Assembly (NCBI GenBank): GCA_964567445.1
Contig: CAZMMR010000001.1
Coordinates: 3,656 to 42,820, forward strand
Source: an uncultured Pseudomonadales bacterium
Lineage (GTDB): Bacteria > Patescibacteriota > Microgenomatia > UBA1400 > PJMF01
Direction of reading: 5' to 3'
Length of the DNA: 39,165 nt
A model generated the notes under the pieces. It made no database searches. It worked only from the letters and a program-made list of their open reading frames with translations, and was not told the origin of the DNA. Positions within the stretch are counted from its first letter, which is position 1. Each line of letters begins with the position of its first letter. Shown one piece after another: positions 17,167 to 27,171 of this stretch. A program made the position numbers and the translations under genes.

Positions 17167-18237
17167 ATGACTGATTTTAAACAAAACTATCAACAGATTC
17201 TGGAGCAAGAAATTCATGATCTTGAGCAAAGAGTTCAAGAACATGACATGCCGCCTGAATTAAAGCGAAAAGCGCTAAAAGATATTGTGGCGTTAAAGCG
17301 CAGTGTGGAGCTGGGTAGCTATGATATTAAATACGAAAAAGTGAGTAAGTATATTGATCGGGTTTTACAAATTCCATGGCAGAAAAAAACTCAGGATCGA
17401 CTTGATATTGAGCAAGCTCAACGTATTTTTAACGAGCACCATTATGGTATGCAGGAGGTTAAAGATCGGTTTTTAGAGTACATTTCGGTTTTGAAACTAA
17501 GGAGAGAAAATTATCAAGACCAAGATTTTAGAGCTCCGATTTTGTTGTTGGTGGGTTTGGTTGGTACGGGTAAGACTACTTTTGCCTATGCTCTTGCTGA
17601 CGCTCTAGAGCGTAAGTTGATTCGTATTCCTTTTGGTGGCATGGGTTCAGCTCAAGAATTGAGGGGTGAATCAAGGTTAATTTTGGGCAGTGAACCTGGT
17701 CGGGTGGTCAAAGGTCTGTGTGAAACTGGAGTGCGTAATCCAGTTATATTGCTTGATGAAGTTGACCGCATTAGCGATGAAGCTAATCGAGAAATTATGG
17801 GTACTTTGGTTGAATTACTGGATCCTGCTCAAAACCATGCCTTTACCGATGCTTATATTGATTATCCAGTGGATTTAAGCCACGCCATTTTTATTGCTAC
17901 AGCCAATAATACCACTAAGATTGCTACCGCTGTCATGGATCGTGTCGAAAAAATTTCTATGCCCTCATACACCGATCAAGAAAAAATCGTCATTGGTAAG
18001 GACTATATTCTGCCAGAGTTATTAGAGAAGGCAGGATTAAAACCTAATCAGTTCAAGATAGAAAATGACGTGTGGCCAACCATGGTTAGGCCATTGGGTT
18101 TTGATGCCGGCATCCGTACTTTACAAAGGACTTTGCAGGGAGCAGTAAGAAAAGCAGCCCGTATTATTGTAGAAAGAGACTTTGATCAAGTAATTATTAA
18201 CCAGGATAACTCTAAGATATTTCTACCTAAGTACTAA
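17167..18237 (+). CDS. Lon-type AAA+ ATPase module without N-terminal or protease domains
   Basis: It is collinear with the Lon segment HYG(L/M).(R/E)VKDR.LEY. It has Walker A GLVGTGKT, Walker B VILLDEVD, LDPAQNHAFTD and DAGIRTLQR. The ORF stops where the Lon protease domain would begin. Confidence 0.8.
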   Translation: MTDFKQNYQQILEQEIHDLEQRVQEHDMPPELKRKALKDIVALKRSVELGSYDIKYEKVSKYIDRVLQIPWQKKTQDRLDIEQAQRIFNEHHYGMQEVKDRFLEYISVLKLRRENYQDQDFRAPILLLVGLVGTGKTTFAYALADALERKLIRIPFGGMGSAQELRGESRLILGSEPGRVVKGLCETGVRNPVILLDEVDRISDEANREIMGTLVELLDPAQNHAFTDAYIDYPVDLSHAIFIATANNTTKIATAVMDRVEKISMPSYTDQEKIVIGKDYILPELLEKAGLKPNQFKIENDVWPTMVRPLGFDAGIRTLQRTLQGAVRKAARIIVERDFDQVIINQDNSKIFLPKY

Positions 18238-18343
18238 TTACAACTTTGAACTGTTTTTTTAGCTTTCTTCAAAATTTTTACCAGGCTATCAACCATTGCC
18301 AAGATTTTGTATAATGGATCTTTAAACTCAGATTACTCATTTT

Positions 18344-20029
18344 ATGAACAATCAAGATACTAATGTCCAGATTAATGCTGGCTCTCAACCCGAGACACAA
18401 TCACTCTCACCTCCAATTTATGATTATTTAGCCGAGTATCGGTTGGGTATCAATTACGAAACTAAGCCTCCTGTATCACCAATTAAGGTTGATGAGTTAG
18501 CATCTAAGTTAGCTCGTTTATATGAAAAAGTGAGAAGGATTATTGATTGGAAAGAAGAAAATTTAGTGCGCCGGACGGCAATTGAAAGAATACTAAAACG
18601 CACCCTACTTTCTGAATTATCTGGTATTGGTGCTGGTGGCTTGGATCCAGAGAAGATTGCGGAGCCGTTGATCATGGAGATGGTGCGTAGCGGCTATTTT
18701 TCTAATGGCCGTATTTCAAAAAATAAAATCCCATTAGCCAAGCAAAGTTTAGCTAAATATATTTATATTCTTAATCACTCAACTATTACTAAAGAAAAAA
18801 AACTTAATATTAAAGAGAAGATTAATTTTTACAACTGGATTTTGGAGATTGCTGCTTGTGAGTTAGAGGAAATTTTAGAGCCATCGTTTAAAGAAAATGC
18901 CATTATCAACTTGATGACTACTGCAGTTCACAATCGAATTCAGGTTGTTCCTAAAGATATGATTAGTGAGGAGGATGTCCTTCTTCAGACTTATGTAGCT
19001 GTCCATCGTACTTTGTTTAGTTTGGATGCGCCTATTATTACTTATAATCTAATTAAGTATCGTTATCCTCGCTGGTTTGAAGACCACCCACAGTTTATTG
19101 AGCAATTTTCTCAGCAAATAGAGCAAGTTAAACAGCAACTTAGTCACGATTTAAATCATCCTTATGCCAAAGAGTTTTTTAAAGTATGTGAGCAGTACGA
19201 TGCTGCCTACTTAATTTTAGGTGATGTTATGAAGGAGATTGAAATTACTCCTCAACAGTTGGAAAAAAAGCTGAAAGACAAAGAAATCGTCGATGAAAAT
19301 ATCGAAAAAGTCTATTTGCGGCGAGTTAAAACTTTAAAAAAGCGTTTGTTTAGGTCGGCCATCTATTCAACGCTATCGATATTCGCAGCAGGCATTGTAA
19401 GCTTTATTATTTTTGAGGGACCGGTAGCTAACTTGTTAGTTGAGGAAGGATTTAACCCTTTCGCCTTATTTGTTGATTTAGCAGTGCCCTCAGCCTTAAT
19501 GTTTATCTTAGTGGCCACTATTAAGCCACCTAAAAAAGAAAATTTAGCTAGGGTTAAAGAAGAAGTATACAAAATTTTGTACGATGATTTTGAGATTGAT
19601 ACTTATGACATTAATTTAGCCAAGAAGAAAAATTGGATCTTAAATGGTATTTTTGGTTTAATTAGTTTGGCTGGTGGTGTAGTAGGGGGCTATGCTATTT
19701 ATTTGGTTTTTAAAATTTCTGGCGTTCCTTGGACTTCAATCTATGTCGATACTGTTAACGTAGCTATGGTTATTGCAGCTGCTATGGTTATTCGTCATAA
19801 ATCTAGAGAAATAACAATTGAGGAGCGTGGGAGTTTCTTGGCTATGCTAGTTGAGCTTTTCTCGTTGCCATTGGCTAAAGTAGGTCAATGGTTTTCTGAA
19901 AAGTGGAAGGAGTATAATATTCTAAGTGTCTTTTTTACAGCCTTAGTCGACGCCCCTTTTTCCGTTATTGTTAGTTTGCTTGAGGACTGGCGGTCGTTTT
20001 TAAGAGATAAGCGGTCAGAAATTCACTAA
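18344..20029 (+). CDS. large hypothetical membrane protein (soluble N-terminal region of about 340 aa plus about 5 C-terminal TM helices)
   Basis: A 561-aa ORF with hydrophobic segments from about residue 340 (IYSTLSIFAAGIVSFIIF, FALFVDLAVPSALMFILVA, and others). I recognise no family. Confidence 0.65.
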   Translation: MNNQDTNVQINAGSQPETQSLSPPIYDYLAEYRLGINYETKPPVSPIKVDELASKLARLYEKVRRIIDWKEENLVRRTAIERILKRTLLSELSGIGAGGLDPEKIAEPLIMEMVRSGYFSNGRISKNKIPLAKQSLAKYIYILNHSTITKEKKLNIKEKINFYNWILEIAACELEEILEPSFKENAIINLMTTAVHNRIQVVPKDMISEEDVLLQTYVAVHRTLFSLDAPIITYNLIKYRYPRWFEDHPQFIEQFSQQIEQVKQQLSHDLNHPYAKEFFKVCEQYDAAYLILGDVMKEIEITPQQLEKKLKDKEIVDENIEKVYLRRVKTLKKRLFRSAIYSTLSIFAAGIVSFIIFEGPVANLLVEEGFNPFALFVDLAVPSALMFILVATIKPPKKENLARVKEEVYKILYDDFEIDTYDINLAKKKNWILNGIFGLISLAGGVVGGYAIYLVFKISGVPWTSIYVDTVNVAMVIAAAMVIRHKSREITIEERGSFLAMLVELFSLPLAKVGQWFSEKWKEYNILSVFFTALVDAPFSVIVSLLEDWRSFLRDKRSEIH

Positions 20030-20092
20030 TTATCAGCATCAGAAACAACAAGTTTACCAATTTACGAATTTATTTATTGCTGAAAGGCTTTT

Positions 20093-21760
20093 ATGAGTAA
20101 TAACAAACAACTAAAGATAGTACCGCTAGGCGGCATGGGTGAGGTTACCCAAAACATGTTCTTGTATCAATATGATCAAGAAATATTAATTTTTGATTGT
20201 GGAATCGGTTTTCCTGATCGGTATATGCCTGGAGCAGATATTATCATTCCCGACATCACCTATCTCAAACAAGAGTTAGAGCGAGGTAAAAAAATAGTAG
20301 GGATGATTCTGACACATGGTCATGATGATCATATTGCAGCTTTACCCTATCTATTACCAGAGCTACCTGACTTTCCAATTTATGCTTCGAGCTTAACTGC
20401 TGGTTTTGCTAAACAAAGACTGAAGGATGGTAAAATTAGAAAGAAGATTGATGTCATTAAGACACAAACCAAAATTGAGTTAAGCCACCAGTTTTCTTTT
20501 ACTGCTTTTGATGTTACCCACTCTGTGCCTGATACTAAGCACTTTATAATCAATACCCCAGAGGGTAAAGTTTATCATGGCACAGACTATAAACTGGACC
20601 CCAATCCCGTCGATGGAGTTTTAACTGATAAGGATGGCATTGCGCAAGCTACTAAAGATGGAGTGTTACTAATGTTGATGGATTGTTTGAGGGTAGAACG
20701 GATTGGTCATAGTAAGTCGGAATCGACTGTTGGACCAGCTATTGAGCAACAAATCCACAACCTTCGGGGTAAATTTATAGTGACTGTTATGAGCTCGCAT
20801 CTACACCGCATTCAGCAAATTGTTGATATTGCACAACGCAAGGGTCGAAAAGTAGCTTTTGTTGGTCGCAGTGTTGAGCAAAACGTACGAGTGGCTGAAC
20901 AACTTGGTTTTCTTAACATTCCACAAGGAGTGCGCATCAATAAGAAAAACATTAAAAATTACCCAGATAAAAAATTGGTAATTATTATTGCTGGTAGCCA
21001 AGGACAAGAGGGTTCTTCGATGGTGCGTGCTGTTTTTGGGGAGCATCGGATTGTACAAATCAGCGAACACGACAAGGTGGTTGTTTCTGCCGATGCTATT
21101 CCTGGCAATGAAATTCCTTATTATAAAGCTATTGACGAATTAAGTCGCAACCAAGTTGAAGTAGTCTACCCAGATATTGCTCCTAATGTTCATCAAACAG
21201 GACATGCTGGTGCTGCTGAGCAGCAGGAATTGCTATCTTTGGTTAAGCCAAGCTTTGTCATGCCTGTTGGCGGCGCCGACCGGCATCGTGAGTTGTTTAG
21301 AACGAGGGTAGCTCATAAATTAGGTTATAGTGACCACCAGGTGCTGATACCCGAATCCGGAGATATTATTGGCTTGAGTAATAATAATTGGAAGATTGAG
21401 AGCAAAATCTCTCTTAATCCACCCATTGTGGATGGTTTGGGCGTAGGAGATGTGGGTCCAATTGTGTTGTCGGATCGTCGGGCATTGTCTGAGGCGGGTA
21501 TCGTTGTTTTAGTGATTCCTCGTAAAAAGGGCCAATTTCAAACTAAAGATATTAAAGTTGTGTCTCGCGGTTTTGTCTTTATGAAGCAAGCTGATGAGGT
21601 CATCAAGTTTATTGAAGATAAGACAGCTACGGTGGTAAATAGTAATAAAAAACTTAAAGACTATGATCTTAAACGTAAGGTAGAAGCTAAAATCAGCCGT
21701 GAGTTATACAAGGTTATTAAAAGAGAACCAATGGTCGTCTCAATTATTTTAGATCAATAA
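20093..21760 (+). CDS. rnj: ribonuclease J
   Basis: It has the metallo-beta-lactamase motif THGHDDHIAALPYLL, beta-CASP organisation and RNase J length (555 aa). Confidence 0.9.
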   Translation: MSNNKQLKIVPLGGMGEVTQNMFLYQYDQEILIFDCGIGFPDRYMPGADIIIPDITYLKQELERGKKIVGMILTHGHDDHIAALPYLLPELPDFPIYASSLTAGFAKQRLKDGKIRKKIDVIKTQTKIELSHQFSFTAFDVTHSVPDTKHFIINTPEGKVYHGTDYKLDPNPVDGVLTDKDGIAQATKDGVLLMLMDCLRVERIGHSKSESTVGPAIEQQIHNLRGKFIVTVMSSHLHRIQQIVDIAQRKGRKVAFVGRSVEQNVRVAEQLGFLNIPQGVRINKKNIKNYPDKKLVIIIAGSQGQEGSSMVRAVFGEHRIVQISEHDKVVVSADAIPGNEIPYYKAIDELSRNQVEVVYPDIAPNVHQTGHAGAAEQQELLSLVKPSFVMPVGGADRHRELFRTRVAHKLGYSDHQVLIPESGDIIGLSNNNWKIESKISLNPPIVDGLGVGDVGPIVLSDRRALSEAGIVVLVIPRKKGQFQTKDIKVVSRGFVFMKQADEVIKFIEDKTATVVNSNKKLKDYDLKRKVEAKISRELYKVIKREPMVVSIILDQ

Positions 21761-21870
21761 ATTGCAACCAACAAAAGTGGCAAAGGTTTGTTGACAATCT
21801 CAACTCCATTGTCAAAATTTGCTATACTGATTAGAGATTAGACTTGTAATTATCTCTTAAAACAACACTT

Positions 21871-24060
21871 ATGGGCAGACGTAAAAAAAAGAAACCAATT
21901 AAACTTAAGATAGAAACAGATACGCTGCACTCAATTTCTGCCGTATTTCTAATCTTGTTTGGTCTGTTGATTATGGTTTCATTTTCTGGCCAAGGTCGAG
22001 TTTTGCAGCAAATGAATGATTTTATGACCGCCAAACTTGGTCTGAGCATGTTGTTTCTGCCTTTTGTCTTTTTTTCTTCTGGTCTTGTGATGCTAAGAGC
22101 TAAATGGCAATGGGCCAAACCTAATGTCTTGTTGGGCACACTGGTGCTAATGATGGCGACTATGATTGCCTTCAAAACAGGTGATATTGGCCAAAAAACC
22201 TACTACAATCTTTCAACATTGCTTTCTCCTGCTGGTACTTATGTTACATCTTTCAGTTTTATGGTGATTGGGGTCTTGATAATTTTACAATCATCCTTGG
22301 TAGATTTAATTGAGTTATTTAAGAAATGGTTGGAAGAGAGGCAAGAAGGAAAGCTCAATAGGAAAGTAGACAAACAGAAGCAGAAAAAATTAGATGAGAG
22401 AAAAAAGAAAGGCCTATCTATCCCTAAATTGAATTTGGGTAATAAAAAAGATAAGAAAATTAAAGTTAATCAGGCAAGTTTAAAAGATCGGGGGATTGGC
22501 GATGATACTACTGGCACTGCTGTGGTTTCAGGTCGAGATGGTAAAAAACAAACTCAAAATAAGGGTTCTTTAGAAAAAGAGTTAGATGAAAATGAAACAC
22601 TAACACCGAGTAATATGCCTTTGGTTTGGGACTATCCACCTTTGTCGCTATTGTCCGAGGAACAAGGTGGAGAAGCTGATCGAGGTGATGTTAATCAGAA
22701 CGCTGATATTATTGAAGGCACATTAGAATCATTTGGTATTCAGGCGGAGGTAAAAGAAGTAAATTACGGGCCTTCTGTTACTCAGTATGCACTGCATGTA
22801 GCTCGAGGTACTAAGTTATCACGAATAACCAGCTTATCAACCGATCTCGCAATGTCGTTGGCTGCTCCAACCGGCCAAATTAGAATTGAAGCTCCTATTG
22901 CTGGCAGATCTTTAGTTGGTATAGAAGTACCAAATTGTTCACCGGAATTTGTGACTTTGAGAACAATGCTGGGTTCTAGCAAACTTAAAAATCACTCATC
23001 AAAACTAGCTGTTGGTTTGGGTATTGATGTTTCTGGTAAGCCAGTTATTGCTGATATCGCTGGTATGCCGCACCTATTAATTGCCGGAGCTACTGGCTCT
23101 GGTAAATCTGTTTGTATTAACACTTTCTTATCTTCTTTACTTTTTCGTGCTAGTCCTTCCGAACTGCGTTTGATTCTAGTTGATCCCAAGCGGGTGGAGT
23201 TAACACAATATAATGGTGTTCCGCATCTGCTGACACCAGTTATTGTTGATCCCAGCAAAGTAGTTTCTGCTTTAAAGTGGGCTGTTAATTTAATGGACAA
23301 GCGTTACAAGCAACTGGCAGAAGTAGGGGTCAAAAACATTCATGGCTACAATGAATTAGCTGGTATTGCAGCTATGCCTAATATCGTTATTGTTGTGGAT
23401 GAAATGGCTGATATTATGCTTTTTGCTCCAGGTGAAGTGGAAGAAACAATTACCCGCATTGCTCAAATGGCACGAGCTGTTGGTATTCACTTGGTTTTGT
23501 CTACTCAGCGGCCCTCTGTTGATGTCATTACTGGTTTGATCAAAGCTAACATTCCAGCTCGGATTGCATTTAATGTTTCCTCTATGACAGATTCGCGGGT
23601 CATTATTGATGGTCCAGGAGCAGAGAAGTTGCTGGGTAAGGGTGACATGCTGTTTTTACCTCCAGAAAAGGCTAAACCAATTCGCGTTCAAGGTACTTTT
23701 ATTTCGCCAAAAGAGACTAAAGCTTTAATTGATTATCTTAAGTCTCATGGTCAGCAGCCTCAGTATGAAGAAGAAATTACTACTAAATATAAATCTAAAC
23801 AGGTTACAACTGGTTTAGATGCAGCTGAAGAAAAAGATGAGTTGTTTGATGATGCTGTTCGTGTCTTTAATAAACGTGGTAAAGCCTCAGCCTCCTTATT
23901 GCAACGGCGTTTGAGTATTGGTTACAATCGAGCGGCGCGAATTTTAGACCAGTTGTTTGATGCTGGTTTAATTGGACCTCATGAAGGTAGCAAAGCGCGT
24001 GAAGTCCATGAAGCACAGCTGCAGGCTTACTTAAATAAACTGAGTAGCGATCAAGCTTAG
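21871..24060 (+). CDS. ftsK: DNA translocase FtsK/SpoIIIE
   Basis: It has N-terminal TM helices and a Lys-rich linker. Walker A is IAGATGSGKSV and Walker B is IVIVVDEMADIM. The C-terminal gamma wHTH reads ASASLLQRRLSIGYNRAARILDQL. Confidence 0.93.
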   Translation: MGRRKKKKPIKLKIETDTLHSISAVFLILFGLLIMVSFSGQGRVLQQMNDFMTAKLGLSMLFLPFVFFSSGLVMLRAKWQWAKPNVLLGTLVLMMATMIAFKTGDIGQKTYYNLSTLLSPAGTYVTSFSFMVIGVLIILQSSLVDLIELFKKWLEERQEGKLNRKVDKQKQKKLDERKKKGLSIPKLNLGNKKDKKIKVNQASLKDRGIGDDTTGTAVVSGRDGKKQTQNKGSLEKELDENETLTPSNMPLVWDYPPLSLLSEEQGGEADRGDVNQNADIIEGTLESFGIQAEVKEVNYGPSVTQYALHVARGTKLSRITSLSTDLAMSLAAPTGQIRIEAPIAGRSLVGIEVPNCSPEFVTLRTMLGSSKLKNHSSKLAVGLGIDVSGKPVIADIAGMPHLLIAGATGSGKSVCINTFLSSLLFRASPSELRLILVDPKRVELTQYNGVPHLLTPVIVDPSKVVSALKWAVNLMDKRYKQLAEVGVKNIHGYNELAGIAAMPNIVIVVDEMADIMLFAPGEVEETITRIAQMARAVGIHLVLSTQRPSVDVITGLIKANIPARIAFNVSSMTDSRVIIDGPGAEKLLGKGDMLFLPPEKAKPIRVQGTFISPKETKALIDYLKSHGQQPQYEEEITTKYKSKQVTTGLDAAEEKDELFDDAVRVFNKRGKASASLLQRRLSIGYNRAARILDQLFDAGLIGPHEGSKAREVHEAQLQAYLNKLSSDQA

Positions 24061-24063
24061 CAG

Positions 24064-24831
24064 TTACTTCATTTGCCGGAAACTTTTTAGCTGTTTAAGG
24101 CTCCCAATGTCAATAAAGTTACTGTGGCTTTGGTAGGTATAGATTGGTGTGTTTTGTTCTAGCAGCCAAGGAATGATATTACCAGGAGAATCTATACTGT
24201 TTTTTGTTTTTTGATATTTTTTAAGTAATTTGAGAGTTGCAGGCGTGAATAAATAAAATGGTAGGCCAGCCCAATTAGATTTTGGAAGTTGTGGTTTTTC
24301 TTCGAAAGCTTTTATTTGGCCCTGGCTATTAATCTGAGCGCAACCAGACCTCTTTTTAATTTTATCCTTAGATAGGTGAACAATAGCTGTGTAAAAAGCA
24401 GTCTCATCTTTGTTATTTTTTAATAGTTTAATTAAGTTGGTGATGATTTTGTTGGGATTGCGATCACTGGGTAAAACTAGCACATTACTTTGCCACCAAT
24501 CTAGCTTGTTGAGAGAAAAGACCAAATCTCCTAAAGAACCCAATCTGTTTTGTGCTTGGTTGCAGCCGTCATTAAGAATTGTGATAGATAACTGTGGGTA
24601 ATTATTAGATAAAAATTGATGGTACTGTTGATAAAAGTGGTTGTTGGTGACCAAGGCAATTTCATCCATTTCTTTCTGCTGGACAATCCTGTTTAACATC
24701 ATGTCGGTAATGGTTCGATTGTTGCTGTTTGTAAACAAACCCTTGGCTGTTTTCTGGCCTATTTCTTTGAGTCGAGTGCCAAAGCCAGCTGCAAGCATCA
24801 ACGCCTTTATTTTTTGATTGAGGTTGTTCAT
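24064..24831 (-). CDS. sugar-phosphate nucleotidyltransferase-family protein
   Basis: It has an N-terminal ALMLAAGFGTRLK (GxGTRL) motif. It is convergent with ftsK, with the stop codons 3 nt apart. Confidence 0.7.
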   Translation of the reverse strand: MNNLNQKIKALMLAAGFGTRLKEIGQKTAKGLFTNSNNRTITDMMLNRIVQQKEMDEIALVTNNHFYQQYHQFLSNNYPQLSITILNDGCNQAQNRLGSLGDLVFSLNKLDWWQSNVLVLPSDRNPNKIITNLIKLLKNNKDETAFYTAIVHLSKDKIKKRSGCAQINSQGQIKAFEEKPQLPKSNWAGLPFYLFTPATLKLLKKYQKTKNSIDSPGNIIPWLLEQNTPIYTYQSHSNFIDIGSLKQLKSFRQMK

Positions 24832-24890
24832 ATAAAAATGTTGTTAGTTGTAGTACTCTATTAATTCTAGCACAGGCAATTGTGATGGTG

Positions 24891-24928
24891 GACATTTCTA
24901 CTTAATTTAAAAAGTGACATTTCTACTT
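24891..24928. repeat. two direct copies of GACATTTCTACTT (24891-24903 and 24916-24928) in a divergent intergenic region
   Basis: A 13/13 exact direct repeat with 25-bp periodicity. It lies between the divergently transcribed nucleotidyltransferase and protease genes. Confidence 0.6.
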
Positions 24929-25001
24929 TAGGCTAACAATATCATGGCTGATCTTGATCTAGGTATCAGTGGCTGTCATACTGGATAGTGATCATTAGTT
25001 T

Positions 25002-27125
25002 ATGAAAAGACGCCCTTCATCCAACACTAATACTAACAGTATTAAAATTATTCTTTCTTTTCTTTTACTGTGGGGTTTAGGCGCAGGGTTGGCGTCATTA
25101 AAGCAAAGCCAAGATATCCGTCAACAGGCTAAAATTGGGCAGCAGGATATCGGGGTTCCACAGCTAGGATTAGAGCCAGCCCAACCTACCAATCAAGTCC
25201 TAACTAATCCTGGAAAATTTACTTCGGCCCAGGAGCGCTATCGCTTATCATACGATCCTAAAATTTGGCGCAATCAAGCAGTGCCGGCAACAGCTAATAA
25301 CGATGATCAGGATCGAGCCTTTTTTACTCTCCGTAATTTAACAGGTTTTGCCTCTGTTTATTTGAGTAGTCAAGAATTACCGACAAATCTCCGAAACTAT
25401 CAGAGCTTACATGATTTAGCCAAGGCTTTAGAGCAAACTCAAATTCAATCTCATTTTTCTAATTATCCTGGTCAGACTGTTTCTTACTTAGGTTATGACA
25501 TTGTTAATATTGGCGGTAGAAATGCCATTAAGTTTAACTATCAGACGGAGATTTTAGGACATACTAGTCGCTATGCTGAATATGTTTTTGCTGTTGGTGA
25601 GAGATTAGTAGAGGCAGAAGTGAAAGCGGCTGGCAAAGAGGAAGTGACTGCTGCTGTTAGCCGATTATTGCAAGGCTTGGAGTTTTTAGGAATTAAGCAG
25701 CAAAAGCAACCACAAGTACTTGGTAGCACCAGTACTAACTCTGCAGCTCAGTTAGTAGAAAACCGATTGACAGAATCTCAATTAGTTGATTTAGCTCATC
25801 CTTCGGTGCTTCAAATAGCTCATCTTTACTGCAAGCAGCTGCAAGTTGATACCACGGGTGCCACTTATCTGCAAAACAGCTATCCATATTGCAACGTGGC
25901 GGCTGGCTCTGGTTTCATAGTTGGGAGTGATGGTTTAGTGGCTACTAATGGTCATGTTGTCGAGTCCTACCCCGAACAAGATGTTATTGGCGGATTGTTT
26001 ACAGGCAATATTGCTACCTACGAATTTTTAGCGGATACAGTGCAACAGGTTCTGAGTGAAGAAGGGTTGCTTTTAACAAAAGCAGAGAGCCAAACAGTCT
26101 TGGATGAGATGATTCAGGATCCTAATGCTGTCGATTCATTAGTAATAGCTATGTATGATTTGTTTGAAGAGGGTGTTGCTCGTGTTGAAGATAGAGAAAA
26201 CATTGTTTATGTTAATGCTAGCCAGCGGCCTTTTCAGATTAATGAAGAAATAGAGGAATTAACTCAAGACAATGTCAGGCAACTAATAACACTTGATAAT
26301 ACGACCTTTAAAGCGCATATCCAAGCTACCGATTTTGCTAACCATTTAAAAAAAGAAGTAATTCTGGAAGAAAAGAAGCCCGAAGGATCTGATGTAGCTT
26401 TAATTAAAATTGTTAATCAGCAAGGATACCATTTTCCAGTTTTACCCTTAGCTTTAGATAGTGAGATAAAGTCTGGGCGTAATATTTTGGTTATGGGCTA
26501 CCCTGGTTTGGTCAGTGGTGGAGACAGTGAGCTGTTTTTAGATTATCAAGCTTCTGCTGGCCAACCAACCATTACCCGGGGGATAGTAAGTGCGGTTAAA
26601 GCAGACAAAGCCGGCAATCGCCTTATTCAGACAGATGCTTCTATTGAACAGGGAAATAGTGGCGGTCCGGCGCTAAATTTAAATGGTGAGGTAATAGGCA
26701 TTGCTACTTATGCCTTTAACAGTGACAGCGGCAACTACAATTTTTTACGGGATGTCGTTGATTTGGTTGATTTAAGCGAACAAGCTAATATTAACCTAGG
26801 CAATCAAGATTTAAGCACCTATTTAGCTTGGCGCCAGGGTCTAGATTATTTTTGGCAGGATCGTTACAGTCGCTCCCTAGAGCAGTTGGCAGCTGTTGAA
26901 GATAGTTATCCCATTCACCCGACAGTTGAGCTCTATGTGGCTGATGCCAACCAAGCTATAAAAGCTGGCCGAGATGTGGATTTAGTTTTTGGTATTGAAA
27001 AAGAATACGTGTATGGTGGTTTGGTAGGATTAGGAGTGGTTTTGGTGGGGCTCGTAATCTGGTTAGCAGCGAGAGCGATTAAGGGAAGCAAACAACAATA
27101 TCCTCATGCTACCCCCAGTGTCTAA
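25002..27125 (+). CDS. membrane-anchored trypsin-like (S1/HtrA-type) serine protease with large insertions
   Basis: The catalytic residues sit in VATNGHVV (His), SDVALIKI (Asp) and GNSGGPALNLNGEVIGI (Ser). There is an N-terminal signal/TM segment and a C-terminal TM helix (GGLVGLGVVLVGLVIWLAA). Confidence 0.8.
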   Translation: MKRRPSSNTNTNSIKIILSFLLLWGLGAGLASLKQSQDIRQQAKIGQQDIGVPQLGLEPAQPTNQVLTNPGKFTSAQERYRLSYDPKIWRNQAVPATANNDDQDRAFFTLRNLTGFASVYLSSQELPTNLRNYQSLHDLAKALEQTQIQSHFSNYPGQTVSYLGYDIVNIGGRNAIKFNYQTEILGHTSRYAEYVFAVGERLVEAEVKAAGKEEVTAAVSRLLQGLEFLGIKQQKQPQVLGSTSTNSAAQLVENRLTESQLVDLAHPSVLQIAHLYCKQLQVDTTGATYLQNSYPYCNVAAGSGFIVGSDGLVATNGHVVESYPEQDVIGGLFTGNIATYEFLADTVQQVLSEEGLLLTKAESQTVLDEMIQDPNAVDSLVIAMYDLFEEGVARVEDRENIVYVNASQRPFQINEEIEELTQDNVRQLITLDNTTFKAHIQATDFANHLKKEVILEEKKPEGSDVALIKIVNQQGYHFPVLPLALDSEIKSGRNILVMGYPGLVSGGDSELFLDYQASAGQPTITRGIVSAVKADKAGNRLIQTDASIEQGNSGGPALNLNGEVIGIATYAFNSDSGNYNFLRDVVDLVDLSEQANINLGNQDLSTYLAWRQGLDYFWQDRYSRSLEQLAAVEDSYPIHPTVELYVADANQAIKAGRDVDLVFGIEKEYVYGGLVGLGVVLVGLVIWLAARAIKGSKQQYPHATPSV

Positions 27126-27171
27126 TTGTTTGAGGTCTTGACGCCAGTTTATAATTAAGTCCTATGACACT

